DNA of 60,643 bases from a virus (lineage: Duplodnaviria; Caudoviricetes): IMG/VR virus record IMGVR_UViG_3300030104_001233, positions 1 to 60,643 of that record; one strand, given 5' to 3'. Shown piece after piece: positions 10,901-19,263 of this stretch. Within the stretch, counting starts at the first letter, position 1. Each line of letters starts with the position of its first letter. The notes below the pieces were generated by a model that saw nothing but the letters and a program-made list of their open reading frames with translations, was not told the origin of the DNA and ran no database searches. The translations under genes and the position numbers were made by a program.

Positions 10901-11885
10901 AGGTTTTATCTGGCAAAGCACGTACGTTACAGGACGGGCGTTTTATGAATCAGTAAAAGGTCAAGATGCAAAAACAAAGAAGGCAGCTCTTAAACAATTA
11001 GCTCTTATGTATGGCATGAGTTACGCCATAGGTGGGATGTACGGATTACCCCTTTTTGGGTTAACTGCAACGTTAATTAACATGGTTGCACGTATATTTG
11101 ATGTATTTGATGATGAAGAAGATGCACCATTCAACACTCGTCAAGCTCTGCAAGAAATGGGTTTATCTGAATTAATCCTTAAAGGCCCAACTAACAGTTT
11201 CCTAAATATCGAAGTATCAGGAAGAGCTAGTATTGCAAACGGTATAGGGTTTAGAGAAGACCCTTATGAAATAGAAAAGTTTGGTTACATGAATTCTATG
11301 ATTCTTCAAATGCTTGGCCCTATGGGAAGTTACGTTGCAGATGCTCCTGAAAATTTAGGGCTTGCACTTAATGAAATAATAGAGGGAGATTTGGACAGAG
11401 GCTTTGAACGTTTATCACCTAGTTTTCTACGCAACGGTATTAAAACTATGCGTTTCTTAGAAGAGGGCGCTAGAACAAAAGATGGTCGTCCCATAGTTCA
11501 AGATTTAAATGCTTATAATCTGTACATGCAAGCGTTTGGATTTACTCCTGCTAATGTATCTTTTACTTATGAAACACGGGCACTTGCTAAACAATATGAA
11601 AACAGAGTAATGAGAAAACGTTCTGAGCTATTGCAAGCGCGTTACTTAGCAGTTACTACTGGTGACAGAGAACTACGTAGGCGCACAGATGAACGTATAA
11701 CTAATTTTAGAAGGCTTTACCCTAGGTTAATAACAGGTGACACACTTATACGCTCGTACAAAGCACGTCGAGCAGCGGAACGAGAGTACATAGCAGGTAT
11801 ACGTTTTAACCGTAACTTTAGGCAAAACCTTGATCCTCTTTTCCGCAGTTTATCAGATGTAAATTACTACGGTGGTATCAGCTAA
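4965..11885 (+). CDS. Giant (2306 aa) internal virion / polyvalent-type protein with a zincin metallopeptidase motif
   Basis: Size and terminal position in the late arm; HELSH followed by EFVAE; YIPSRRYGEF resembling the PLxRFG domain; long charged helical regions. Confidence 0.7.
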   Translation: MPVVRMPDGALVNFPDTMPREEIKGLIASKFPDIATAPTTPAPIPSLATPPTPSTNRPLPDARERSFTREALDVPIQLGKGVVTGTRFLTDVFGADNPVSRTLSGVEDTLDSLLSAQSKRDQEEIARIMEEAENKGMGAQVMAGLQALTVAPVDLIANAFGTSGPTLVAGVLGSVAGLPALGVATGVGVLTGVGITKDAAYDAVFQELVDAGVPEGQAKEAAQEAQAYGGENLDNIAFGGFLGALAARVGLEPKILTRAVGQRLAGDVSETGLKNATKAGIIKEASRTALKEALPEALQGGQEQFTRNVALQREGFDVPTFRGVTGAATLEGAVGAPVGAISSVGSDAIKPRGTRLAEVEERLATLAEEQTKTAQEEETEREKRKATQAEIDEFLKPYEESIQEEEKQASRVKAAIAAELEVDIDSRKVEQEYQRRVREAEDRASGEFADPERYAGEQRLRAAEEQIKLGARPDASPRDQAYVEDVLDGMRGPELQQLAERTLTSDGINFVEGRRQAEEDALAGRLGPETQKRAEERRKELEPQEEADFEIIDEFALSADQRAAMNKFFKELETKPDKDKRSYLKTASTERGVDSLDNVLNFKLTKDQKREFRRKHAAIQEEEGQATTTHDKAVRNALAKGEYEPRKDYVYPSGRKQTGKKKKSNFIKFVEAEQKAIAKGIPLSEAVKKEFPNVPVETLEAITTARAGMRKAQEKIFTLGARGIATGKRAEADDPVKPIQELATEESIIETIQGELKSFDANEENSLAALKDVRKEKPSGKKAIAAGKYFKLPVAKDTPKAGLYEIAYDLATNPDSMVEDLQPTTIKEDIDANPPSPPLPSAGIQGRIPEKNLNDAIKNFDVGLKRGTITRTDLKAEDVQNAASWVYFDSELSPEVKEEFARLVARFRKEYREDIINAARSEQLADKKKAREEQIKKDREADEEATEQRRLETDEIVEKLEKALGRRVRRGGIEVLAVRELGYSIEEVVDELQGGTALADVVAEAEEDTSADIEELERQVEGVLTAAEEDVLKQQAIEHANKVMTERYKDKSLVDYPSDRAKEWDIEFIKERKTLQELVLAEKKAQIEKARIEQERLDAEATEERLENLEQAQKEFVEKGGQATVLPYFDKFIEGKLEKPYTATASSRSRKAFPDTSVDPVIAEAARTGNLNQTIKAIIDSEPKEIRPIIRKLREMATGVKIRLESFSDPEETGRYYYDEKVIALDPERGLNKETVFHELSHAALDKILANRESKEVKQLFNYYETIKTQMGDAYGGTDLYEFVAELVGNSEFQNLLKEIKAPKSKSLWDTIVETILNFLGIRKGQSAYDKSLKFLNDILTARPSIEPSSAESVFLGNKNPDVAFKEELAKFPPYRARRLKEAMENIKGPEAGKLKGILSGAARLDNLFDLYKKELPGIKEIIDNTEMRQADQERRIEAVNKKYNDFHIIAHKFKAAYEAMGKMAMEMRLARVDIFKPPPNPNASNITSDKAKAKVEEQLKAYNKGKAAFERIGKMEGGKSVQNMYKIMRTDFDKMYNDYIDVVLSSISNPQLRQEIEKKFDEAPPIAGYIPSRRYGEFVLVYKDKDTGKKTVVAFESQSKRNEEIKARGLTKRFDIQADLEKATTEEEKEALRKRKRDADLNKNEYFTVNSIQDLARKTLPPEGFVADAMQAVKDSAKDLGLDDKQGDILATDVYEAYVDLFPESSVMQSFRSSEDVLGPSEDVLRVYGDTMVKWSRKLADIEYNGKIQQGFNRVRSQAADYGNRKQRSPSDPTELTIQSVAKNISSREDFTLNPTYGLIASKATSGSYFMYMAGNISSALVNLSSVPLMSYPILAGRFGTVKAAAALKTAGGVAINSDWGSDPKYQTLYKTLSDHAQLRHTLEREVLEGARQTTEQYRTGTAKLLSFLSKPISATERYNRATTGVMAYDLARADGMSEQDAANYALKIVKDVNTSGMATTAPKWMQNDIGRVMLTFKGFIWQSTYVTGRAFYESVKGQDAKTKKAALKQLALMYGMSYAIGGMYGLPLFGLTATLINMVARIFDVFDDEEDAPFNTRQALQEMGLSELILKGPTNSFLNIEVSGRASIANGIGFREDPYEIEKFGYMNSMILQMLGPMGSYVADAPENLGLALNEIIEGDLDRGFERLSPSFLRNGIKTMRFLEEGARTKDGRPIVQDLNAYNLYMQAFGFTPANVSFTYETRALAKQYENRVMRKRSELLQARYLAVTTGDRELRRRTDERITNFRRLYPRLITGDTLIRSYKARRAAEREYIAGIRFNRNFRQNLDPLFRSLSDVNYYGGIS

Positions 11886-12075
11886 CTCTCCACATGCGTA
11901 CACCCCGCACTCCGTCTTCTACTGTTATTTTAGTAGTCACTTCGTACTTAAGTCTTTTAGCTTCCGCCAATAAAATCTGTTTAGCTTCTACTGGTTTTAA
12001 ACACGGGATAAAAAACGACCACCCCTGTTTAAATTTTTTCCAGTTGATCTGGTATTCCACCTTCTCTATCTGCAT
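11878..12075 (-). CDS. Small hypothetical protein (last gene of the replication arm)
   Basis: 65-aa ORF overlapping the primase-helicase 3' end and converging on the giant gene with an 8-bp overlap. Confidence 0.65.
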   Translation of the reverse strand: MQIEKVEYQINWKKFKQGWSFFIPCLKPVEAKQILLAEAKRLKYEVTTKITVEDGVRGVRMWRVS

Positions 12076-14842
12076 CTTCTTTAACTTTCTCTACTACCTT
12101 TTCCATATCTATAAATTCAGAATGAGCTGTATCAAACACCACGCATCTTTGTGCAGGTGCTGTAAACGCCATACCTTTTGACATTCTTTTATTTACAGTT
12201 TCTATGTATATACCACGCGTACCTAAATCTTTTATAAAGGCTTTATAGTCTGTGTAATCTTTGTCTAACGTATCCCGCAATTTTTTTACAGGTATAAATA
12301 ATTTTTTTGTATCAGGTTCGTAACGTAAAACTAATTCGCCCCATTTAGGTTCTAGGAGAGGTGAGGCTTGTTTCTGACTGCGTTGGTCTACCTCACCATT
12401 CACTATTAACAACTTATTAAAATTGTCTACGATAAAAGCGCCAAGCACGGATACATAAGAATCCACAGGTGCTGTAGTTTCTTCCCTTAATACTTGTATA
12501 AGTTCAGCAGCTTTTTTGTAGATGCGCTTCATGTTAAATTTTATTATCCCTAATTGATTTGCAATCAACCCACCTGCTATGTTAGCTGCAATAATGGCTG
12601 ACCAATTCCTTTCTCGTGGTGTCAAACGCAATTCTTTATCTATTTTGTTTTGCACCATTATTACTTTCTTCTTAACCTTTTCGGGGTTTGCTATTATATA
12701 TTGTATAAAAGGTACAATAGCGTGCCCGTAGTTTTCATTTAACTGTCTATCAAATAAATCCTTTCCGTTCTCGGTAATAATTTCACCCGCATGTTCCACG
12801 TTAAATTCAATAATCCTCATAAGCTCACCTTCAGGTAAACCTTTCTTTGCCATCAAACGTTGGTAAAACGGAGAGTTAGCTGTGGTTAAAGTTATGTTGT
12901 TCCACGTAGTATAGTTCTCACGATTACCACTTATGTCGGCTCTACCTTTGTCTTTACCTTTTCCTTGTGATATTTCATAAGCAAAGTTACTTACTCCCTC
13001 ACCGTCCATGTTACTAAGCTCATCAACGGTATGTACTACATTATTTAATATGCCTAATTTGTTTATACGTGATACTTGAGTATCATTAAATTTACCAAGC
13101 AGTTCTTTAGGGTGTCCGTATATGCTATTAGCCATACGCAGCACAGTAGTTTTACCAGTACCTGCGTTCTTATGCACAAGACTTATAACTGCTCCGCTTT
13201 GTCCTGTAATCTTTAACAAGGGAGAGCCAAACCCAGACAGCGCAGCGAACGCTTGCACCTCCAGCCCCTTCTTGTTATATAAATTAAATACTTCTTGCCA
13301 TTTCTCAAGGGTGCCTCTTGGTTCGCAATAACCCACATACGCTTTGGTTACTGAAGAAGCAGGAGAGTGATACACCCCGTCCACAGTTATTTCTCTTTCT
13401 CCAACGATAAACTTAGTATCGTTATCTGCCCACCCAAATTGTCTTCTCATTGTTTCTGATGCCTTGTCCTGTTGTTGCAATCTAATTGAAGTAGTGACGT
13501 ACTCGTGAAGTAAACCTTGGTTTGATATACCTGCTACCACTCCATTCTTTGCAAGAGTTCTAATCAATAATCTTTTTTCTAGTCCATCGTTAGGTATGGA
13601 AAACTCACGCACGCCATCATGTGGAGAATGAAATACAAAAACAGATTGGTAACCGTCCACGTCATCCCACATTTGTTTCTTCAAATAAAAGTCGTGGTCA
13701 TATATGAACTGTGCATCGTCCCCATCCTTTTTGTATACCCCTCCATTCTGCCCCCTAAAGTAGGGTTCAAATTTGTTAATGGGACTATTGACAGCTTTCT
13801 TTACTATTTTACCTAGGTTGTACGGACCCTTAATTTCTTTACTCTTTTTATGTACGCATTTTTTACAACCGTCAGGATTATTCTTTTCAAATTCTTCACA
13901 AGAATGCGGTCCTTTTATACCAACAATTTTTCTTTCTACGGCAGCATAGTCGTAATCGGGATGCCCTATGGATACACTATGCACAGCTTTAGCACCGTCA
14001 TCACAGAACTTAGCTACAGACAACGCATCAAACCATCGTGGCTCTATGATAGTATCTCTATTTATAAGGCTGTCTTTTAGCTGTAGGCACGGGTCTTTAC
14101 GGCCTATTATTTTAGAAAACTTATAGTTTGTATTCTGGTCAAATAGTTTTTCCAGTGCGTTTGGTGTAAACGTATTACTCTTTTTCTTCACTACTAAAGT
14201 AGAGTCTACGCCAAGCAACTCACGTATAGAGTCAGGTGTGTACCGTTTAGTGTTAGGGTTTCTAACCACTACTTCTCTAGGAGAATCACCCTTATGATTA
14301 AAGGTGCCGGGTACACGTAGTATCCGTGCAGCGTCAAAAACTCTAGGGTCAGCACAAAACTTCTGCGTAACGCAGACGTCCTTCAGTCTATTTGCTATAG
14401 GTTGCCATTTTTCTGTAGGCACTTCTTCAGTAAAAGCCCAGTATACGTGCAAACCATACCCTGAATGTACTATTACTGGTTCAGGTAAACCGATAGTTTT
14501 ACTAAATCTTACGAGTGCTCTTTCGCCCTCTTTCCTATCAGCGTAACCTTGTGGTAAACCCGTAGATACTTCTACCTTTTCTGCTTTGTCACCACCGCAA
14601 TCTATATCTAACCAGATAGCTCCAAGTGACTCTACATTATCTACCCTTCTGTTCCCTTTTTCTTTAAGTTTACCTAACGCAAAATAAACATCTAAACCTT
14701 GCTCTGAAAAAACATCTGCTATTTCGTGTGCTTCTTCTAAGCTATCAGTAAACCTTGGTACTGGTTTACCTTCCTTCATGCCGACCACACTATAGATGCC
14801 GCCCTTTGGGACAACATGATCTAGCAGGTCATAATCAGTCAT
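12029..14842 (-). CDS. Primase-helicase (RepB/AEP-like primase, Cys/His cluster, DUF927-type P-loop domain)
   Basis: IWLDID, HSGYGLHVYW and ARILRVPGT primase motifs; C...CKKCVH; QFGW; Walker A GTGKTT and Walker B TVDE. Confidence 0.85.
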   Translation of the reverse strand: MTDYDLLDHVVPKGGIYSVVGMKEGKPVPRFTDSLEEAHEIADVFSEQGLDVYFALGKLKEKGNRRVDNVESLGAIWLDIDCGGDKAEKVEVSTGLPQGYADRKEGERALVRFSKTIGLPEPVIVHSGYGLHVYWAFTEEVPTEKWQPIANRLKDVCVTQKFCADPRVFDAARILRVPGTFNHKGDSPREVVVRNPNTKRYTPDSIRELLGVDSTLVVKKKSNTFTPNALEKLFDQNTNYKFSKIIGRKDPCLQLKDSLINRDTIIEPRWFDALSVAKFCDDGAKAVHSVSIGHPDYDYAAVERKIVGIKGPHSCEEFEKNNPDGCKKCVHKKSKEIKGPYNLGKIVKKAVNSPINKFEPYFRGQNGGVYKKDGDDAQFIYDHDFYLKKQMWDDVDGYQSVFVFHSPHDGVREFSIPNDGLEKRLLIRTLAKNGVVAGISNQGLLHEYVTTSIRLQQQDKASETMRRQFGWADNDTKFIVGEREITVDGVYHSPASSVTKAYVGYCEPRGTLEKWQEVFNLYNKKGLEVQAFAALSGFGSPLLKITGQSGAVISLVHKNAGTGKTTVLRMANSIYGHPKELLGKFNDTQVSRINKLGILNNVVHTVDELSNMDGEGVSNFAYEISQGKGKDKGRADISGNRENYTTWNNITLTTANSPFYQRLMAKKGLPEGELMRIIEFNVEHAGEIITENGKDLFDRQLNENYGHAIVPFIQYIIANPEKVKKKVIMVQNKIDKELRLTPRERNWSAIIAANIAGGLIANQLGIIKFNMKRIYKKAAELIQVLREETTAPVDSYVSVLGAFIVDNFNKLLIVNGEVDQRSQKQASPLLEPKWGELVLRYEPDTKKLFIPVKKLRDTLDKDYTDYKAFIKDLGTRGIYIETVNKRMSKGMAFTAPAQRCVVFDTAHSEFIDMEKVVEKVKEDADREGGIPDQLEKI

Positions 14843-15072
14843 TTTTTCAATTCATCTATTAATTCTTGTATTAAAGGAGTTAGTATTTCTTTAGGTTCAT
14901 GGGTTCCCATAAACCAGTTGTACACGGTTTGTCTGCTGACTCCCAACTGGGAAGCTACGTCAATAACAGGTACTTCGTATTTAATACATAACCTGCCTAA
15001 CTTAACTCCCAGAAGAGAACCATCTGCTTGCTTGTTCAGACTACCGAGACGTGTCGTATAGCCGTAGCTCAT
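14839..15072 (-). CDS. Cro/XRE-like helix-turn-helix protein
   Basis: VIDVASQLGVSRQTVYNWFMG HTH signature. Confidence 0.85.
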   Translation of the reverse strand: MSYGYTTRLGSLNKQADGSLLGVKLGRLCIKYEVPVIDVASQLGVSRQTVYNWFMGTHEPKEILTPLIQELIDELKK

Positions 15073-16346
15073 TAGTCGTCATCACCCCAATTTGCAATGA
15101 TGTCTTCGATGTCATCCTCATCATCGTCGTCATCTTTTTTCTTTTTACGTTTGACGGGTTCCTTAACTTCTTCTTCCTCGTCATCATCAAAAGGGTCTGC
15201 TTCGGGTTTTTCTTCTACTTCTTCATCAGCCGACTCAAAAGGATTTGATGAGTCCTCATCTGAGGTAAAGCCATCCTCTTCATCAAAAGGTGAAGGAGCC
15301 TTGTAAGGTACATACTCTAGCACCTGTACACCCCGCAACCTAAGAGATACACCTGTTGCCCCAGAAGCCTCTATCTTATAAGGTATAAAATCTACCGCTA
15401 TGTTTATTACACTACCTGTAGTAAGCATAAAGTCTGAACCTAAAGGTTTGTTCTTTGAATCAAACTGCACAGGAGGAGAGGTTGGAACGCCATCATAAGA
15501 TGCTTTACGAGTTGCTTTCCCTACGAAAGTACCACCATCATGCTTCTTAAAATTAATTTCTAATTTTTTAGGCCAGCTTTTATCCCGTCCCGCTGCGTTG
15601 GTATACGCGTCTTGCATTAATCCGTGCAGTTCTTTTGCTTGTGCTTTAGTCAGTACAAAATCTAAATCGTAACTAGCACCTTGTACAGTTGCATCACATG
15701 GAACGCTTTTACCGTTTGGCCCTGCTTTACGATCAAACTTATACGGTTGATCTAAGCGTGGGTAACGGGCTGTTACGTTCTTTATAATGTGAGATTGATT
15801 AGACATAAAAATTTCCTCTGTATCTTTCATTTGTTGTATATTCGCAAGCTCTTCCTCTGCTAAAGGTCGAACTGGTTTAAAAAACATTTTGTAAAAATCT
15901 CGGTGCTGTACAAAATATATTTCGGTTAGCACATTCCCAATATGTTCTTGGTTGCGCTCAAGATGCGTTACGTATTTATATAAACTCATCCTGTTATCTT
16001 CTTTTGAAAACAAACTCAATGCACCTAGTCTGATTTCGTAGAGATATTCTTCAGAAAGAAAAGCTACTTTAATCTTAGTAAAGAATTTACAAGCGGCCCT
16101 CCCTCCAGCACCTGCGTTCTTTATACTCTTACTACAGTCTAAACAACGTTGTGCTTGCTTGTTACTCTCCCAAACGGCTTCGTCTGGAAAGTCACAGTCA
16201 AAGGACCAACACGTTAAATCACCATCTGGTCCATAATAGTTTCTTGATAAAACACCCTTATCTACAATTACTACTTCTAAAGAATTTAAAGGTTCATAAG
16301 TATGCGGATGCACAAAACATCCCTGTTGTGTTTTTATCCTTTTCAC
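15072..16346 (-). CDS. Putative single-stranded DNA-binding protein with acidic tail, fused to an N-terminal Cys-containing domain
   Basis: C-terminal half has GSVINIAV...GVSLRLRGVQVLEY and a very acidic tail, as in T7 gp2.5-like SSBs; internal RBS plus ATG at 15806. Confidence 0.6.
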   Translation of the reverse strand: MKRIKTQQGCFVHPHTYEPLNSLEVVIVDKGVLSRNYYGPDGDLTCWSFDCDFPDEAVWESNKQAQRCLDCSKSIKNAGAGGRAACKFFTKIKVAFLSEEYLYEIRLGALSLFSKEDNRMSLYKYVTHLERNQEHIGNVLTEIYFVQHRDFYKMFFKPVRPLAEEELANIQQMKDTEEIFMSNQSHIIKNVTARYPRLDQPYKFDRKAGPNGKSVPCDATVQGASYDLDFVLTKAQAKELHGLMQDAYTNAAGRDKSWPKKLEINFKKHDGGTFVGKATRKASYDGVPTSPPVQFDSKNKPLGSDFMLTTGSVINIAVDFIPYKIEASGATGVSLRLRGVQVLEYVPYKAPSPFDEEDGFTSDEDSSNPFESADEEVEEKPEADPFDDDEEEEVKEPVKRKKKKDDDDDEDDIEDIIANWGDDD

Positions 16347-16732
16347 TTCTTAGGTGGCTTTCGCACAGAAACAATAAACTTTCTATTAGTCTGAAGACCG
16401 GGCGGTGCAACGTCAGGGTTGGATTCTAAAAACTCTTTCATGTTAGAGTTATGCACACGTTTCTCTAGTAGATGTAAAGCGTCATTGTCCTTCAGAAAAA
16501 CGTGCATTGATTCCCAATCGCTAGTCCAGAAACTGGTATGCACTCGGCGTGTTACAGTTCCATACGGTGTTCTTATACTGTCTATGTTTTCTTTCTCAAG
16601 AAACGTTTGTAGTTTCTGCTCAACCTTTTCCTGTTGAGCTTTAATATCTTTTATCTCTTCTTCTTTTTTCCTTATAACTTCTCGCATCTTTATGTAGATG
16701 TCGGCAAGTTGATCTGGTGTTTGCTTTTTCAT
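16343..16732 (-). CDS. Hypothetical replication-module protein (N-terminal coiled coil)
   Basis: 129-aa ORF with strong AGGAGG RBS downstream of a sigma70 promoter. Confidence 0.75.
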   Translation of the reverse strand: MKKQTPDQLADIYIKMREVIRKKEEEIKDIKAQQEKVEQKLQTFLEKENIDSIRTPYGTVTRRVHTSFWTSDWESMHVFLKDNDALHLLEKRVHNSNMKEFLESNPDVAPPGLQTNRKFIVSVRKPPKK

Positions 16733-16759
16733 CGCTCCTCCTATTAAGTCGGGACGATA

Positions 16760-16787
16760 AGTTTAGCAAGTACTTTTACATTGTCAA
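16760..16787 (-). promoter_or_regulatory. sigma70-type promoter driving the SSB/primase genes
   Basis: Minus strand TTGACA-16 nt-TAAACT with extended -10 TG. Confidence 0.75.
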
Positions 16788-18337
16788 GTATTGATTTCCT
16801 GTCTGTACAAATCAATTATCTTGTGGTGATGTTTTATGTTGGACTGCAACATTTTGTACAAACGTGTCTCCACTTCACTACCACGTATATGTACAACCGT
16901 CATCGGACTATGTTGCCCCGGTCTATCTACTCTAGCATTTGCTTGTAGATATGTTTCCACACTTGTTACTGGGGCATACCAAACGACTGTATTAGCAGCG
17001 GTTAAAGTGAGTCCGTGAGACGCAGCTTGCGGTTGTATGATAAGCACTTCTACGTTATCAGTTTCTTGGAAGTCTTTAATAATTTCACTTCGTTTGTTTA
17101 CTGACACCTTTCCAGATATTATCTTGCAACTTATTTTGTTCTTAAGTAGAAACTCGTTAAGGAGTTCTATAGTATGAGTAAAAGGTACAAACACCAGCAC
17201 TTTGTTGGAAGACTCATCTATCGCTTCCTTAACTACTTTAAGTCTGTTACTCACATCAAACTCAATGACTTCTTTATCATCCGAATAGACCGCACCTCCT
17301 GATATTTGGAGCAGCTTGTTGAGGTTTGTGGCTGCATTGACAGAGGTGACTTGTTCCCCATCCGCTTCCATCATCATGCGTTCTTTGAGTAACTTATAGT
17401 AAGAGGCTTGTTGTTTAGTCAAAGGTGCTTCACGTTCTATATACGTAAGCGGAGGTAAGTCTAAACATTGGTCTTTTTCAAACCTTATGGCGGGTTGTAG
17501 TACTTCGTGTACAATTTTATCTGCTGTCCTTTTGGGCTTCCATATAAACTGGGAAGCCTTGTACATTACTTGGTCTCTAAACTGCCCGAAATATTTAGGT
17601 GCTTTCTTTGGGTTTACTAGCTTTGCTAAACCAAACGCGTCTACAGGTGATTGTGCTGCTGGAGTACCTGTAAGCATCCAAAGCCACGGGACATCCGCAA
17701 CTATATCTCGTAAGGTTTTCCATCGGTTGGTCTGTGCGTTCTTGTAAGCGTTAGCCTCATCGACCACCACCATATTAAAACCACCCTTCATTATTTCATC
17801 TTTGATTACAGCTACACCGTCAAAGTTAATAATGACAAACTCAGCACCTGCTTCCAGTATCTTCTTTCTTCTTGCAGAAGTTCCATGAGCAACAGAACAA
17901 GTACGGTGCATGGCAAACTTAAACAAGTCTTCTTGCCATGCAGATTTCATAATAGACAAAGGACATATAACTAATACACGGTTCACTTGCCCTGCGTTTA
18001 TTAGATAGTCTGCTGCCCATATTACAGAAGCTGTTTTACCTGTACCTTGCTCATTAAAACAAAACGCTTTTTTGTTTAACGTTAGAAAAGAAGATGTCTC
18101 TTTCTGATGGGCAAAGGGTTTGTACCTACCGTTAAACTCATAGTCCCTAAACATAGGGGAGTTAATCTGTTTTACTTTAAGGTCAGCAAGTACTTGGGCC
18201 TCTTCTAAACCCCAAGGAATTACAATCTTGTAAACCCCTTTGTCCTCTGCAAGTATTTTATAGTTCTTGACTTTCTCAGTAATGAGATGAGGCCGTCTGG
18301 TTTTAAGAACAACTGCTCTATCGTTGACTATTTTCAC
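16784..18337 (-). CDS. SNF2-family (SF2) helicase
   Basis: EQGTGKT, VVDEA, LTGTP, HGLTLTAA and QANARVDRPGQ motifs. Confidence 0.92.
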   Translation of the reverse strand: MKIVNDRAVVLKTRRPHLITEKVKNYKILAEDKGVYKIVIPWGLEEAQVLADLKVKQINSPMFRDYEFNGRYKPFAHQKETSSFLTLNKKAFCFNEQGTGKTASVIWAADYLINAGQVNRVLVICPLSIMKSAWQEDLFKFAMHRTCSVAHGTSARRKKILEAGAEFVIINFDGVAVIKDEIMKGGFNMVVVDEANAYKNAQTNRWKTLRDIVADVPWLWMLTGTPAAQSPVDAFGLAKLVNPKKAPKYFGQFRDQVMYKASQFIWKPKRTADKIVHEVLQPAIRFEKDQCLDLPPLTYIEREAPLTKQQASYYKLLKERMMMEADGEQVTSVNAATNLNKLLQISGGAVYSDDKEVIEFDVSNRLKVVKEAIDESSNKVLVFVPFTHTIELLNEFLLKNKISCKIISGKVSVNKRSEIIKDFQETDNVEVLIIQPQAASHGLTLTAANTVVWYAPVTSVETYLQANARVDRPGQHSPMTVVHIRGSEVETRLYKMLQSNIKHHHKIIDLYRQEINT

Positions 18338-18618
18338 TTTTTCTTACGCTCGCGTTTACTAGTTTCAGACACTAGTTTTCCTTTAGAGTTCCTTTTAAAT
18401 GAACGATTCTTTGCGGCTGACTCTACTTTAGTATTACCTGAGTTCTTACCGCCTTTTGATATAGCCTTCTTATGCGCTACATCTTTACCATCGCCCTTTG
18501 TTACCTTTCCTTTGCGTGCAGCTTTGCGTCTGGCTGCGTTACGTTTAGCACGATTCTTTTTCTGCTCTTCCGTGCCTTGGTAGTTTTCATATTCTCTTTT
18601 GTAATTACGTTTTTTCAT
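18334..18618 (-). CDS. Small basic HNH-type endonuclease-like protein
   Basis: KDVAHKKAISKGGKN...N...NRS pattern; start placed at MKKRNY after an AGAGGA RBS. Confidence 0.65.
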   Translation of the reverse strand: MKKRNYKREYENYQGTEEQKKNRAKRNAARRKAARKGKVTKGDGKDVAHKKAISKGGKNSGNTKVESAAKNRSFKRNSKGKLVSETSKRERKKK

Positions 18619-18991
18619 TTGTCTTCCTCTTAGGGTAGGCACTCCTATGCCTTTCTGTTAAAACACGTCCTACATTGCCTTCAGCTTTCATCGCATCTTT
18701 TATCAAGTGCATACCCCATTCCGCAGCGCACTCAGCATGAACAAGATATAACCAAGTTACCCTATTGTGTTTTTGCATAAAGTCATCTTTGTGTTCTTGT
18801 ATGACTAATTTTGCTACGGCAGGAAGTGTAGTATATAAATGTTCTAAGTCTAAATTACCATGCCATGATACATAGGGTGTCTCTCCTGTTATTTTCCCTT
18901 TTCTACAACTAGGGTAGGCACAATCAACTCCACCTTCAGGCACTGGGGGTATTCCCAGCATATCTTCTTCACTACTTTTATAGCCTGACAT
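18605..18991 (-). CDS. Hypothetical protein, possibly Zn-binding
   Basis: CAYPSC and HAEC motifs; AGGAG RBS. Confidence 0.6.
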   Translation of the reverse strand: MSGYKSSEEDMLGIPPVPEGGVDCAYPSCRKGKITGETPYVSWHGNLDLEHLYTTLPAVAKLVIQEHKDDFMQKHNRVTWLYLVHAECAAEWGMHLIKDAMKAEGNVGRVLTERHRSAYPKRKTNEKT

Positions 18992-18999
18992 CTTTACTC

Positions 19000-19263
19000 C
19001 TAATGTGTTACATTCTCATCAATAGCTGCTACTACAGCAGTGCCACGTTCGTTAGCAATTTCTAAAGTCTTTCTGTTGTTAGCCATAAAAAGTTCATCTG
19101 CTATAGGCCACGATCTACCCATTACAGCACACAAATCAAAGTGTAAGTTTGGATAATTTTTCTTCCAACGCCCAAAGGCATCTTGGGCTAACGCTTTGTC
19201 TGCATAATGCCCATCTACAAATGTTGTATCCCCAACGTCTACTAATATTGCGTAGTAACTCAT
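19000..19263 (-). CDS. Hypothetical protein
   Basis: ORF translationally coupled to the upstream exonuclease; AGGAGG RBS. Confidence 0.6.
   Translation of the reverse strand: MSYYAILVDVGDTTFVDGHYADKALAQDAFGRWKKNYPNLHFDLCAVMGRSWPIADELFMANNRKTLEIANERGTAVVAAIDENVTH

Noticed and set aside
4965-11885. N4-like virion RNA polymerase
   Set aside because: No single-subunit RNA polymerase motifs were recognised, and it is much shorter than N4 vRNAP
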